From: Guillardia theta CCMP2712
Taxonomy: Eukaryota; Protista; Cryptophyta
Direction of reading: 5' to 3'
DNA: 64,000 nt
NCBI RefSeq assembly: GCF_000315625.1
Contig: NW_005434618.1
Coordinates: 269,038-333,037, forward strand
In this document: positions 1-11,619 of the stretch, one piece after another
Layout of the letters: the number at the start of each line of letters is the position of its first letter
How positions within the stretch are numbered: position 1 is the first letter of the stretch
Notes under the pieces: generated by a model
Database searches by the model: none
Told to the model about the DNA's origin: nothing
What the model saw: only the letters and a program-made list of their open reading frames with translations
Made by a program: the position numbers and the translations under genes

Positions 1-952
1 AAGAACATCACAAATCCGAACTAGAAGAAAGAGACGGAATAAGACGAGGAGGGGTGGTCCATAGACAGGTAGATGTACCCTAACAAGTATGCTCTGCCAG
101 CTGTCTGCCGACGAGCTCAGGAAGGGAGGCAATCTTGGTTCAGCTATTGGCCATTTCTGCATGCCCCAGCTTCCTTGGGCTGTGCAGTGACTCCACCACC
201 TTCCATGAGAGTCAGTAAGACCTATAAGACGATCGGACGTACCCGAGAGCGATGGCTGCCAGTACGTAGAAAGTTACGACGACGAGGATTAAGCGCATTG
301 CGTCGTTCACTTTGGTTACGATGCCCCTGCGAAGTTCTGCAGACTTGAGGTACAAGCTTTCAATCTCCTCGATATCGTTCTTGTCTATCTTGGTCGAACT
401 ATCATCGCCGTCATCGTCCTGCTCCACCTGACTTTCCTCCTCGGATTTCATTATCTCCCCAGTTTCGAGGGATTCTTCCTTTAGATTTTCAATCAGCTTC
501 TCTGACCAGGCGATCTGCTTCTCTTCATCATTTATGCCCCATTCGAGGAGGCCGATTGGGAGGTAAAGCACTATCAGGCTGATCAGCGTGGAGATCAGAA
601 CGTTGGTTGCAGAGCACATCTTGCTGTCAGTGCTAACTGGCATCGCTGCGCTCATCATGTGGAGGAGGACGAAGGGAGCGACCCCCTTCGCTACCTTCAT
701 CTTCCCTCGCTGCATGGCCAGACCCAACCCCGCAGCCTCCATGGCGAGCAGACACCATGACAGGAACCCCGCCACCACACTAACCAAATCCGCCATGCCC
801 CTGACGCCTGTCCTGATACGCGCTACTTCTTCAAGCCCGCCTCATGAAATGTTAGACAATATATTGAGGACAGCATGAGGGGAACCGGCCAGCAGTTGCT
901 TCAGTTCGTTTCGTTTCTCCATGGCATGGGCTGGCGGCATCCACGATGCCAT
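1..952 (-). CDS. Hypothetical multi-pass membrane protein, spliced, runs off the left edge
   Basis: Core ORF 212..796 has several hydrophobic segments and an acidic loop. An upstream GTTCCC..CTAAC..GAG intron (about 842-885) removes the in-frame TGA and joins MASWMPPAHAMEKRNELKQLLAG to it. A GTACGT..CTGAC..AG intron (about 200-242) continues the open frame to base 1. The start may be 952, 940 or 922. Confidence 0.55.
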
Positions 953-992
953 CGACCGAGTTCATGAGAGGCTTCGAGATGACCGGGTGATT

Positions 993-1135
993 CCCTCCTC
1001 CCATCCTCCTCCCTTTCCTCCTCCCTCCTCCCTCCTCCCCTCCTCCCTCCTCCCATCCTCCCTCCTCCCTCCTCCCTCCTCCCTCCTCCCTCCTTTCTTC
1101 CCTCCCTCCCTCCCTCCACCCGTTTCCCCACCCTC
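993..1135. repeat. (CCT/CCCT)-rich polypyrimidine tract between divergent genes
   Basis: Almost pure C/T degenerate microsatellite, seen directly. Confidence 0.85.
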
Positions 1136-1223
1136 TGCCTCTTGCTCTCCCTTCCCTGTCGGCCTTCCCTTGTGTCAACTTTCTCCTGCCATCTCCACTT
1201 GCCCTATCGTCACGTCCAGCAGC

Positions 1224-4160
1224 ATGCTGACATTCTGGAGCAGCAGGGGTCGCCCTCTCCTCCTCTTCCCTCGTGAGCATGCAGCACCATGATCGCCTGC
1301 TCTTATCCTTGAGTGCAGGGGCGGCAACGACAAAGACCCTCCACGAGCTGCAGTTGGGAAGCGACCCAAATCCTCGACTGTCAGCAGAGCGAAGCCGCGA
1401 TGGTCAGTCCCCGCCAGGTCGACGAGTCTGTTGTGCTACGATCGTGTCTTAAGGCCCTCCAGGAAGCCTTCACCTGGGGAGTTCGTCACCGACCTCGAGC
1501 GGCAGTTTCAGGTACATGGTGGGAGCGGACGTGCCAAGTTGACAGGGTGAGAAGGAGGCGATGGAGTTGAAGCGAGGGAGAGAGTTTGCCAGGGATGCAT
1601 CTCCCACGGAGAAGAGCAGCGATATATTACGACCATGGTGAGCCATGTAGGGTTCGTCGGTCAGCTCGGAGTGATGGACGTGAAGGTGGGAGCGGAACGA
1701 GGTTGAAGGTCGTCGATCGAGGAGTGTCAAGGTTTGACACTTGTCAGAGGTTCACGTCTCATGGACATAGCAGGATGACAGAGGAGAACGACGAGGAAGC
1801 GGCGGGCTCGCACCATCGTCAGAGTCGATTCGATCCAGATCTCCTTTCCAGTATCCTGAGCCGCCGCACAACCCGGGCAAGCGGGGGATAAGACCATACA
1901 GTGCGTCGAGGGGAGTCAAATCCTTTGACGAGAAGGCACTCTTCGTCGCAGAGGTGGAGGAGACGCTTGGTAACAGAGTGACAGGCTATCCGCCAAGAGA
2001 TGGAAAAGAACAATCAAAATCCGGGTATGTTGAAACAGAAACGTTTCTTGCAGCCCTAAGACGGTGATGTAGAAGAGGATGAAGCGTTCATCAGGACCAT
2101 CCTGCGGTTGTTTCAGACATGAGCTGGAAGTTGAGATTGTTTGATTCTCTACCAGTTGGGGTCATTCGTTGATCCGCCTACTTGAAGCGCTTCATGGACA
2201 CAAGTTCCGTCACGATTTCATTCACAACGATGGGACTCTTGACTGGCATGAATTTCTCCGAGCGGCAAGAGGAATGCTTCATCCTCCTGCAATTCTGAGT
2301 GTGCAAGCTCAGGTTCGTGTAGGCTTCGACGGGGCGGGACCAGGACGAGTTCGTTGGATGAGTCCCTGTGAAGAAAATTTCTGACGACGGAGCAGGGAGC
2401 TATCGAGGGGCTGGGAGAGATGGCAATATCGGACAGCCAACTGCGGAAGATCTATATGAGGTACCAAGAGATATAGGGGTGAGCAAAGGTTCTTGCTCAG
2501 CAGCTGGCAGAATACCCAGGAAGAGCGATGCGATCAAGTCGGTGGTATCGATCGACGATGCCATTCAGACTTTAAGAGAGTTGAGCAGGGTGAGCCATTG
2601 GCAGGTGAGGCCGACCTGAGCAGATGGCAGGTCTACAAGGAGGCGAGGAATCGTTTGAAGGAGGACAAGGACAAGGAAGATTCCCCGAAGGCATCTAAGA
2701 ATGACTTGAAGGCCTGGATTGCAGAGCAGAAGTCGTTGCAACGACAGGGAGGAAAGGATGAGGCGGCGAAGGCGCTTTCCTGGGAAACGAAGTTCGAGAG
2801 AGGACAAACTGAGGACAGAAGTGTCCCACATAGGAGCGAAGGATTGTTCGAGGATGATGCAAGTCCCGAGCAGAGACAACCTCAGGCAGTTCGTTTCAAG
2901 CTTGACGATGACGAGCGTAAGCTCGACCTAGAAACATCCATCGGCGTGGAGAAGAGCATAGACGATCTCAGAGCTTGTGATTCGACGATAGAAGGATACT
3001 CGTATGTGAAAGGCGACGCCGATGACATTCGTGATGTGCAAGCCGCTGTCACCCCTTCTACTGCTTCCAGTCCCCCTCGCTCCACCCCCGCAACAGCGTC
3101 CGGTCCATCGGCTTCTCCGGTGCTTCTGTTCTCGGCATGCCGAATGACTCACTGAATCGTTACAGATGTCTGAGGACGTCGTGCCCTTCGAGGACCTCAT
3201 TCCTCAATCTGTTCCTGATGCCCTGAGAAAAGCTGCGGAGTTCCTGGAGCAGGCAAGGCGCCTCCATCCCCCTCCCCCTTCCTCACATGCCGGCAGAACG
3301 AGCTGGACGTCGCTCACGAGATCTGTTGCCACGTCATCCGCATGAATCCCCGATCAGCCGCTGCCTACTACATCCGAGCTGAGAGTCTAAGACTGCAGGT
3401 GCTTCTCCCTCTCCTGCTGATGTCCACCTGAACCTTGCAAGGGTTCCCTGGCTGCAGCAGTTGACGACGCAGCTTTCTGCTTGGCCATCGACGCGAACAA
3501 CTGGAGGGCTCACAGATGCCGCGGGCTTTGCTTGCTCGAGCTGAGGTTAGCATGCCACGTTGCAAGTCTGATGGGATGACGGCGATGCGACTGAAGGATG
3601 TGCGGACAAGCCTTGGCTCATCTCAATCTCGCGCTCAAGCTTTCGGGTCGCACTGATTCCTCTTCCTTGATCGGACTAGCACGGCAAGCTTCTTGGAACC
3701 TCTCGGCTCGAGCTGACGCTGGTCCAAGGTGCTATCAGGACCTGGGAAAGATGGAAATGGCACTGGAGCACTTGGATCTCGCAATCCGTTGCCGTGATGA
3801 GCAGGAAGCGAAGGCCTTCTTTCATCGCGGGTGGTGCAGGATGACTCTAGGCGACATGGTCGGGGCCTCTGCCGACTTTGGCAAGGTTGCAGCTCTGGAC
3901 CCTCAGGTTCGATGCCGCTGCATGATGCTGCTCGTGATAATTGCAGCAGTTTCATCGCCGCTACTTGCCTTTCCTCGAGAGGTTGTGCCAGACTGTGAGT
4001 TGAGAACGTCTGGGGTCTGTTCATGACGCCACTGTAGGACCCAGAAGAAGCTCGCGAGCTGGGAAGAGCCTTGCTGATGATGCCGCTGACGAACGAGCAA
4101 CAGCAGAGGGTCAGTTGGATGCGCTTTGTGCCTGATGTTCATCATATCTGCAGATTCTAG
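1224..4160 (+). CDS. Multi-exon TPR-repeat protein with a probable EF-hand (ends approximate)
   Basis: EF-hand-like NDGTLDWHEFLRA (about 2225-2262). Spliced TPR-like repeats: AAEFLEQ|NELDVAHEICCHVIRMNPRSAAAYYIRAESLRLQ and ALAHLNLALKL..LIGLAR|CYQDLGKMEMALEHLDLAIRC..AFFHRGWCRMTLGDMVGASADFGKVAALDP. Confidence 0.65.
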
Positions 4161-4314
4161 TCTTGATGGGAGGAATCAGATGAAGTTGCATCGCAGGTCA
4201 AAGTACCTGGCAAAGAATTATACATATGTACAGTGTCATTTTCTCTTCATGTCAAACTACAAGAAAGTTTATTAAGATCAAGCTTAAGATCTTCTCGATA
4301 CGAAAACAACCACG

Positions 4315-7300
4315 TCAAGGTGTCCCCCCACGTGGATCCTTCTCGCTGTAGGACTTCTTCTTCTGCTGCAATCTCCTGAGGTAGTAGTCGTAGGTTCCAG
4401 TTGAAAATAGCGACGAATGACTCAGCTGATCGGCTTGCTCTTCTTCGTATCTGTGATATTCCAGACGTTTTGCAACGAATCTTCTGTTTGTCTCTTTCAA
4501 GGTCTGCAACGGAAACTTGACTACGCTCTCAGTGGTGCGGCTGTCCATCGCTCGATACGACTTCCCAGCTCGAGGATCAGCCTCTCCATCCTCCTCGCCG
4601 CTGTCGGAGTCATACTTGAGATTTCTCTCTCTCTCCAATCGCTTCAAGTGCGACTCCCTCCACGGGCTCACGCTCTGTTTCTCCATCATCCTTGCTGTCA
4701 ACTTCTTTTCCCTGTACCCTTGCAGCAGATCCATCTCAACAGGCCGCAGCTTCTTTGTCTCTCTCAGTCCTTCAGCTCGTTTCTCGCCGACTCGTCTTTC
4801 TTGCTCTTGGCGTTCGACAAGAGCCTCTTGTTGCAAATCTTGACCATCTGATACCTTACCCTGTGTGTCCTCCATCTCCTGCTTCATCTTTTCTTCACTT
4901 TCCTCTTCTTTCTCTGCCAAGATGTCTCTTTCCACACTCCCTTCTATTGCAACTTCGCTGCCTGCACTATCCTTCTCATCGTCCTCAGACGTCGGTCTTC
5001 CATCATGGCCAGCTCCCTTGTTTGAGACAGTCGATCCCTCAACATCCGATTCATCAACGCTCTTCTTTGATCTCTCGCCTTGTTCTCCTTCTTCCGACGC
5101 TTTGTTGGGGTCCAGACCATGATCATCCTCAAACATTCGCCTCGTGTCTGTGTCGTTCTCATCAGAGTCTCGCTGGCCTTCCAGTAAAATTCCCATGTGC
5201 GCGCTGTCGTCATGGACCTCCTGCACAGGTTTGCTCGATCGTGGGCTTGAAGAATCGGAAAGACATGAATCACTCGTTTCGGTGACGTGGCCATCATGCT
5301 GGTTGTTCTCGACACGAGCGATGTTCGAGTTGGAAGATCTCACGGGAAAGTCGCTGAGGCGGTCGAGCATCGCCCTGTCTTCTGGAGTCAACTGCACTGA
5401 TGTCTCCTGCCTGCTAGTCTCCTTCCTGGCAGGTGACTCAGAGCTGGGCTGGGGTGTGACCCGTTGATAGGACGAATCTTTGACGTCTCTTGCTGATGCT
5501 TCTTCTTCCGATTGAACCACTTGCGCTTCATCGTTGCTCTCGTGGTCAGGCTCTACTAGTATCGATCGCATTGACATCTGGCTGGAACGCTCGTCAACTT
5601 CTGGCCTCTCGCTCGGGGAGTCAAGAATTCTCAGCTCATTCACCGACCCGGACTCAGCAGCTGAGAACGGCATCATAGAGCCCGCGCTATCAACGGCTCG
5701 CTGCAACCTCGAGCCCGCAGTCGTGTGTGCGCGATGAATGTCGATGCGACGAGCGCTGAGGTAGGGGCCCTTGAACTGAGAGCGGTGAGGCTGCTCTGGA
5801 GGCTCACGACCCTTGCTCACTTGCTGCTTCTGAGCCGCCCTGAGAACTTGCGGGGAAGAGGAGGGCTTCATGGTCGATATCCCAGCTAGATACATGGACT
5901 TGATGGACTCTTTCCTGCGCTGCCTCTTCTGAATCTGCTCCTCCAGGTTCACCCGCGAGACAAGGTCCCATCTCTTCTCCTGCCTCGAGTCAAACTGCTT
6001 CTGACTCTCAGATCTCTGCCGTGAAGGCGCCCTGCTTCCATCACCTGTGACCCTCTTGCCTCCATCACCCAGCACCAGCTGGAGTTCTTGCACTGAATGC
6101 CTTGGCTGCTCCACCTCCTGTTCCTTGCTCGACTCACTCCTTCTCTTGCTCTGACTTCCTCTGGAGGATATCTTGCTCTGACTTCCGCTGGAGGATATCT
6201 TGCTCTGACTTCCGCTGGAGGAGATTTTCTCCCTCCTGGACGACTGGATCGCACTGTATGGCTTTGGAGCAGAGGAATCTGCCGTTGGCATCTGATCAGC
6301 AGGAGCAAGCTCCGTGGGCAGCTCCGGGGCTCCTGAGTTCGCTTCCATCACCTCAGGTGTGGTACCTTGAACTTCCTGCTCCACCAACCCCTCGCTCTGC
6401 AGCTCCTGTAAGATTTGAGCAGCAGACATTGAGGTCCATGGAGTCCAAGGGATTTCAGAAGTGACGTATCTTCTGACGGAACCTGGTTCTTCGCTGATCG
6501 ACAAGTACACCGGACCATCTTCATCGTGTCTCGCTGTTGATAGAGGAGCAGTCTCGTTCGCCTCTGTCCTCGCTTCCTCATCTCCTTGTGATGAAACTGT
6601 TGTGCGTGTTCCTTCGCTCTCCAGCTCTGTGCCTGGGACAGAAGCTATCTCCTGCTTCTGGGCCATCTCAGCTCTTCTTGTTTCCATCTTCTTGCCTCCA
6701 ACAACAAAATGCGCCAGGCTGGCCCTCACCGCTGATGCCTCTGACTGTTGACTGCCAAGCATTTCCGTTCCTTCCGAATGCTCTGACTCAGTTCTGAGAG
6801 CGTTGAAGCTCCTTTGCTTCCACAGCTTTCCTTCTCTTGAGAGCAGACCGTCGCCGCGTATCTTCATCGGAGACTGCGCGTCTAAGCTTGTCGATGACCT
6901 CCGCCCGACGGACTTGTTGATAACAGGCCTCTTGATGATCTGAAACTGGTCTTGTTGCTCTTGTTGCTCTTGCCTTAGCGCATCTACAAATTCATCGATA
7001 GCTTGTCTATTGATCGAAGAACCTGTTGGTATGGTTGCCCCTTGTATGAACGTTTCATAGATGGGGACATTAGCACTCGGTCGAGAAAAGGGTTCCACAC
7101 TCTTGGATCTTGGATTGGATGCTTGCATGAAAGCTTCTATCGGCTCGCTCTTCAGGAGGTTGGTCGTGATATCCGGAAGCATGTCGAGTGAGGTCTTGGG
7201 TCGCGGCAAGTTCTTGAGTTTCTTCAGAGCACGAGTAGAATGACGGGCAGACTCAGTCGTTTGAGAACGCTCTTGCTTGAAGCTGTCTCGCGGAGCACTC

Positions 7301-10300
7301 AGAGGAGTCAATTTCCTGTCGCATTCCACTTGAATATCTGTGTCTACGATGGCTGTCTCAGCGAAATCAGCATTCGAACTCGAGAAAGGTTTCAGGTTGA
7401 TCCAAATTGATTGCACTGGGCTGGTCAATTGCAAGAAGTCCCTTTCGACCACAGGGATTTCACTTTGCTTTTTGAGTTGCTTGATCTGCATGCTCTTTAA
7501 TTTGATCGTGGGAGGTGGCCTGGTGTCAACCTTCTGAAAATCTTGCAAGTTCATGCTTTTTGTGACCTTGTGCTCATCCTGTAACTGTGAGTTCAGGTCC
7601 TGAAAGGAAATGAAGTCCTGCAGTTGTCTTATCTTCTGTTGCTGCGCTATCTTAGCCATCTCGTCTCGTTTCGAGCTCTCGATGTGCTGGTCTCGCTGCC
7701 TTTCAGATCTACCGCTGAGCACCTTTGAACGCCAATACAAGGAATCCATGGAACCTCGAAGAGCTTCTTGGATGTGCGCGGCCTCTTGTATGATCCATGC
7801 ATTCTCTTGTATGATTTCCTTGAAGGTCGAGTCAATCAGACGGTCGACAGAGTCAAAGACTTCTTCTGCTGATTCGACTGTTTTGCTCATGAGCTCTGCC
7901 GACAGCTCCTGTCTTCGATTCGGATTCGTTCCTCCTTCCTTATCGACAAAGTCAGACTGGTCGTTGCTGTGGCCAGGGATAGCAGCTGAAGGCGGACTAG
8001 TAGTTCGTTGAAATATCTTGGGTTCGTCCTTGTGATCTTTGATTTCTTGATGTTGTCGCTCGTTCGGAGAGGAGGATCTCGATCGCACTGAGATCATAAG
8101 GGATGGCGGTCTTGTCAGTTGGACCAATTCTTCTCTTTCCATCCCTCTTCCATGGATATCTTCTCTACCCTTCTCTCTGTCAAGTACTTTGCCTCCATGC
8201 GTCCCTTGTTCCTTCTGTGACTGTTCCAGATGATCTTGAAGCAGCTTGTCTAGCAAGGAGTTGTAGTTCCTGCAAACTTCGTTCCTCCGACGCTGAGGGC
8301 CCTCTTTTTTAGCAGTGGCATCACCAATCCCGTCAAGCGGCTCATGTCTTCGACGTTCTGGTGCCTTTGCGTTGAAATCAATGCTGATATCGATTCCATG
8401 GAAAGGTTTTGGAGGTTTCAAGAATACGTAATCTGCTCTGTTCTTTTCTTTGACATTGGATTCAATGTCCTGGTCTTTCGAATGATTCTTGTCTGAATCT
8501 TGCTCCATGCGATCTCTCTTTTTCATTTCTTCCGAGGAAATTGAGTGCAAAGCATTCGAAGGAAACTGAATTTGCATCTCACGAAATCTCTGCTCTAAGT
8601 CTGACTTTCTCGTTTCATAATCGTGCGTCAGGTATTCGTCGTGCGGCATATCATCTGGGGAGATCCTTTCAAGAGGAAAGTTGCTCACGGCAGAAGAGAT
8701 AATCTTCTCCTTAATCTTGGCCTGCGTTTCTTGATTTGGAAACCCTTCAAGGTTTGTCATCGGACCATCTGTGACAATCTCCTCGTCTTCAGCTTCTACC
8801 TCACCGATTGTTGTCACTTCTGCCAGGTTTTCGCTCAGCATTTCAGCTGAAGGGCTCTCGTGAGTTTCTTGCGACATCAGGTCCGCGTCATGGGTCTCAA
8901 CATCTTGAGAGCTATACTCTCTTTCACTTGCCCCAACCCCAAACTCATCCAGCTGACCAAGTCCTGAGGCCTCACGTTCCCTTTGTAAGCCCGCTTCACC
9001 AACGAATTCTGAACTTTCAGATGCCGCGCTGGTCTCCGACAAAGGTTTGATATCCAGGGGAGTAGATTCGGACATTGCATCAAGCATGTGAATGCTTTGT
9101 TTACGTGAACTTGCAGTGCTGAGGTTCTTTCTGATTTCTGTTGAATACTGCAAAGAATGGGCGAACTCAGGAAATAAGATTTGTTCTTGCGGAACAGTTG
9201 AAGCGGTCATCTCTGGATTCCACTCACTACCAAAGGACTTGAGACAGTCACGAATTTCTCCTGCCAGCAGAAGCTTATAGTCTCTTTTTAGGCACCGTAT
9301 TCTCAGCGAGTGAATCAAATCCTGATTCGAAGCCTCCTCTGTCATGAATAGTCTGAGTTTGGGAATTTCAGATGAAATGTGGTTCTGATTCAGACCAAGC
9401 TCTTCTTCAATTCGCTTGATAGTTTGAGCTATTCTTTCTTGTACAGTAAGACTTGACATCTTCTCTCGCATTTCCTGCATTCTCCTACCTTCACGTTGTT
9501 TGCCTAAGATCATCTTGGCCAGACTGGGTCCCATTGACAGCATGTCTACCTGAAACGATTTCAAATCACCAACGACTTTAAGGCCTTCATCATCATTCTT
9601 CGAGACGGTGCTCTTGAGTGATTTCCAGCTTGTAAAGATGGTTCTCACTGCATCATCACTATCGTCAACTGGCAGTGTTAATGTGAAGTTTTTCAGATTG
9701 ATTCTTCTCAACGTATACGCGCGCCAGAGCCGGAAGCTATCGCATAAAGCAAAGTGACCGTCACAGACACCAAAAGTTGTGATCCCTCCCGGTTTTCTTT
9801 CCACCTCTTCTTTTTCATAAGTCATCCAGGCAAAGAGGGCCCACAACACCCGAGGAGTAGATTTTCTTATCCGATTCAACAACCCAACTTTCAAGACAAG
9901 CATTGCTGAAGAGATTTGAGCTAGAGCAATCAGCGTTTTTTGCATGCGAAATCTCCTCCACTTTTGCTCAAACGTTTTTCTCTTCCGACTTTGAAACGAT
10001 GAATATTTACACAGTTTTGACAAATTTCTCAGAATCAATTGAGTTCGATGTTTTTTGGCTCTTTGAAACTTTGCGTACTCCGTCCATCCAAGAACGCAAG
10101 CTCTTTGAACATTTCTTGAACGGAAAACATCTGTCTGCTCTAGGAGATAACCTTTTCCTTTCATGATTTGTTGAAATCTTTGAAACCTTTGCCATGACAA
10201 TCTCGTTAGGAATCTTCTCCCCAAACTCTTGATTTGTTCTGAATGAAGTCGTTTTTTGGTACAATACATCTTGTACCATTCATTCCATTCGTGTATCGTC

Positions 10301-11460
10301 TCACTGAATTCTGGAATGTTCTTCAAAGTTCTTTCACAGATTTTGACGACTGACCATCGCCTCCACATGTGAAACTTCAACCAGAATCGATAATGCCGGC
10401 GTTCTTCTCCAAGCCTTTCAAGCTTTTTGGTCGCCTGATTCTTTTGGTTTCTGCATCCCATTACATACTTGATCCATCTTCTTAATCTCCATCGTGTTGA
10501 CCACAAGAAAATACGGCGAAGTAGCTGAGCAACGATGACGTGTTCACGTGTGGGAAGGGGTCTTCCAAACCTCCACCCTCTCCCCCAGTTGTAGTCCATC
10601 CCTGCACGCCGATAGGTCGCCTTGTCATTCAATCGCAGAAAGAGCTCGCGGTGAAAGCCTCCGCCAGCCCTCGAGCAGGACAAGAAGATCATGGCTGACT
10701 CGTCGTTCCACACGATTGAATTTCTGACCAGCGCGCTCCAGCTAGAGAAGTTAGAATGCATTTGAGCAAGTCGCACGTGCTTGGAAACATAAGCTGTGAG
10801 ACTCCAGTTCTTGAGGATGGAACCATAGTATCTGCTTCTGATTGTCCTGCATGCTCTTCGAAACCTTCTATACTTGTGCATCATCCTCATCATCTTCCAC
10901 CATCGCTGAATCTTGAGAGCTTGTTCCGGTGCCTTGCTTGCTCTCTTAAACTCATCAAGAAATACAGACACGTCGGTCTCTTCATCAGCCGTAAGATCAA
11001 TCGTAGGTTCATACTCTAATCGTTTCATGGCTTGCATCTCAGATGAAGGCACGGAGAAAACAAGCCGAGAACGATCGACAGGGGCCATCCCCTCGATCTT
11101 CATCTTCCTGTCATACGAAACTCTTTCCTCCAACTCACGGGAATACTGATCGAGATATTCGATATATTGGCTGACCCTTGCAAGCTCTCGGTCTTGTGTC
11201 GCATGCTCCGAGTCAGCAGTGAAGAGCCTTTGGGATCTCTTCAATGTTGAGTTTTTTGATCGAACCTCGTCGTCTAACAGGGACATGGATGTTTCCGGTC
11301 TAGACAAGTATTCCTCTGAGCTCGTTGAAGCTCTCGATGACCTCATCTTCATCCTCTCCGAGCTAACGTCATGCCAGGGACTCCCTGCCAGGGAGGCTTT
11401 GCCCAAAGTTGCAAACGATGCAACTCGGTCAAGGGCAGATTTATGCTCCTTGAACGTCAT
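4315..11460 (-). CDS. 2381-aa protein with an IQ motif and Sfi1-like Trp repeats in the N-terminal part and a long disordered charged C-terminus (putative centrin/calmodulin-binding scaffold)
   Basis: 7.1-kb uninterrupted ORF. IQ-like ALKIQRWWKMMRMMHKYRRFR. Repeated basic-helix/Trp units: SILKNWS, HSNFSSWS, WRLRRWI, WLKFHMWRR, RACVLGWTE, LWALFAWMT, CDSFRLWRA, RTIFTSWKS. Confidence 0.75.
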   Translation of the reverse strand: MTFKEHKSALDRVASFATLGKASLAGSPWHDVSSERMKMRSSRASTSSEEYLSRPETSMSLLDDEVRSKNSTLKRSQRLFTADSEHATQDRELARVSQYIEYLDQYSRELEERVSYDRKMKIEGMAPVDRSRLVFSVPSSEMQAMKRLEYEPTIDLTADEETDVSVFLDEFKRASKAPEQALKIQRWWKMMRMMHKYRRFRRACRTIRSRYYGSILKNWSLTAYVSKHVRLAQMHSNFSSWSALVRNSIVWNDESAMIFLSCSRAGGGFHRELFLRLNDKATYRRAGMDYNWGRGWRFGRPLPTREHVIVAQLLRRIFLWSTRWRLRRWIKYVMGCRNQKNQATKKLERLGEERRHYRFWLKFHMWRRWSVVKICERTLKNIPEFSETIHEWNEWYKMYCTKKRLHSEQIKSLGRRFLTRLSWQRFQRFQQIMKGKGYLLEQTDVFRSRNVQRACVLGWTEYAKFQRAKKHRTQLILRNLSKLCKYSSFQSRKRKTFEQKWRRFRMQKTLIALAQISSAMLVLKVGLLNRIRKSTPRVLWALFAWMTYEKEEVERKPGGITTFGVCDGHFALCDSFRLWRAYTLRRINLKNFTLTLPVDDSDDAVRTIFTSWKSLKSTVSKNDDEGLKVVGDLKSFQVDMLSMGPSLAKMILGKQREGRRMQEMREKMSSLTVQERIAQTIKRIEEELGLNQNHISSEIPKLRLFMTEEASNQDLIHSLRIRCLKRDYKLLLAGEIRDCLKSFGSEWNPEMTASTVPQEQILFPEFAHSLQYSTEIRKNLSTASSRKQSIHMLDAMSESTPLDIKPLSETSAASESSEFVGEAGLQREREASGLGQLDEFGVGASEREYSSQDVETHDADLMSQETHESPSAEMLSENLAEVTTIGEVEAEDEEIVTDGPMTNLEGFPNQETQAKIKEKIISSAVSNFPLERISPDDMPHDEYLTHDYETRKSDLEQRFREMQIQFPSNALHSISSEEMKKRDRMEQDSDKNHSKDQDIESNVKEKNRADYVFLKPPKPFHGIDISIDFNAKAPERRRHEPLDGIGDATAKKEGPQRRRNEVCRNYNSLLDKLLQDHLEQSQKEQGTHGGKVLDREKGREDIHGRGMEREELVQLTRPPSLMISVRSRSSSPNERQHQEIKDHKDEPKIFQRTTSPPSAAIPGHSNDQSDFVDKEGGTNPNRRQELSAELMSKTVESAEEVFDSVDRLIDSTFKEIIQENAWIIQEAAHIQEALRGSMDSLYWRSKVLSGRSERQRDQHIESSKRDEMAKIAQQQKIRQLQDFISFQDLNSQLQDEHKVTKSMNLQDFQKVDTRPPPTIKLKSMQIKQLKKQSEIPVVERDFLQLTSPVQSIWINLKPFSSSNADFAETAIVDTDIQVECDRKLTPLSAPRDSFKQERSQTTESARHSTRALKKLKNLPRPKTSLDMLPDITTNLLKSEPIEAFMQASNPRSKSVEPFSRPSANVPIYETFIQGATIPTGSSINRQAIDEFVDALRQEQQEQQDQFQIIKRPVINKSVGRRSSTSLDAQSPMKIRGDGLLSREGKLWKQRSFNALRTESEHSEGTEMLGSQQSEASAVRASLAHFVVGGKKMETRRAEMAQKQEIASVPGTELESEGTRTTVSSQGDEEARTEANETAPLSTARHDEDGPVYLSISEEPGSVRRYVTSEIPWTPWTSMSAAQILQELQSEGLVEQEVQGTTPEVMEANSGAPELPTELAPADQMPTADSSAPKPYSAIQSSRREKISSSGSQSKISSSGSQSKISSRGSQSKRRSESSKEQEVEQPRHSVQELQLVLGDGGKRVTGDGSRAPSRQRSESQKQFDSRQEKRWDLVSRVNLEEQIQKRQRRKESIKSMYLAGISTMKPSSSPQVLRAAQKQQVSKGREPPEQPHRSQFKGPYLSARRIDIHRAHTTAGSRLQRAVDSAGSMMPFSAAESGSVNELRILDSPSERPEVDERSSQMSMRSILVEPDHESNDEAQVVQSEEEASARDVKDSSYQRVTPQPSSESPARKETSRQETSVQLTPEDRAMLDRLSDFPVRSSNSNIARVENNQHDGHVTETSDSCLSDSSSPRSSKPVQEVHDDSAHMGILLEGQRDSDENDTDTRRMFEDDHGLDPNKASEEGEQGERSKKSVDESDVEGSTVSNKGAGHDGRPTSEDDEKDSAGSEVAIEGSVERDILAEKEEESEEKMKQEMEDTQGKVSDGQDLQQEALVERQEQERRVGEKRAEGLRETKKLRPVEMDLLQGYREKKLTARMMEKQSVSPWRESHLKRLERERNLKYDSDSGEEDGEADPRAGKSYRAMDSRTTESVVKFPLQTLKETNRRFVAKRLEYHRYEEEQADQLSHSSLFSTGTYDYYLRRLQQKKKSYSEKDPRGGTP
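6144..6224. repeat. 27-bp coding tandem repeat, 3 copies (ISSSGSQSK)
   Basis: TCTTGCTCTGACTTCCKCTGGAGGAKA at 6144, 6171 and 6198. Confidence 0.95.
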
Positions 11461-11619
11461 CTTGTAGTATCAACCGATCAAGTTCCTACGGAAGCAATTC
11501 ACCTAAATCATCCGAATCTCATGCTGACGTCTCGCATTGCTATGATATCAAAATCGTTTAAAGTGGATCAAAAAAGATTGTTTGTATTTGCAGCAATCAC
11601 GAGCAAACATGTGTTGGTG

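Noticed and set aside
842-844. In-frame TGA in gene 1 as possible selenocysteine or readthrough
   Set aside because: It lies within a plausible GT..CTAAC..AG intron whose removal keeps the frame.
852-1292. G/R/E-rich and P/S/L-rich ORFs (also 31006-31492, 42269-42877, 42954-43541, 59960-60640)
   Set aside because: These are translations of microsatellite tracts.
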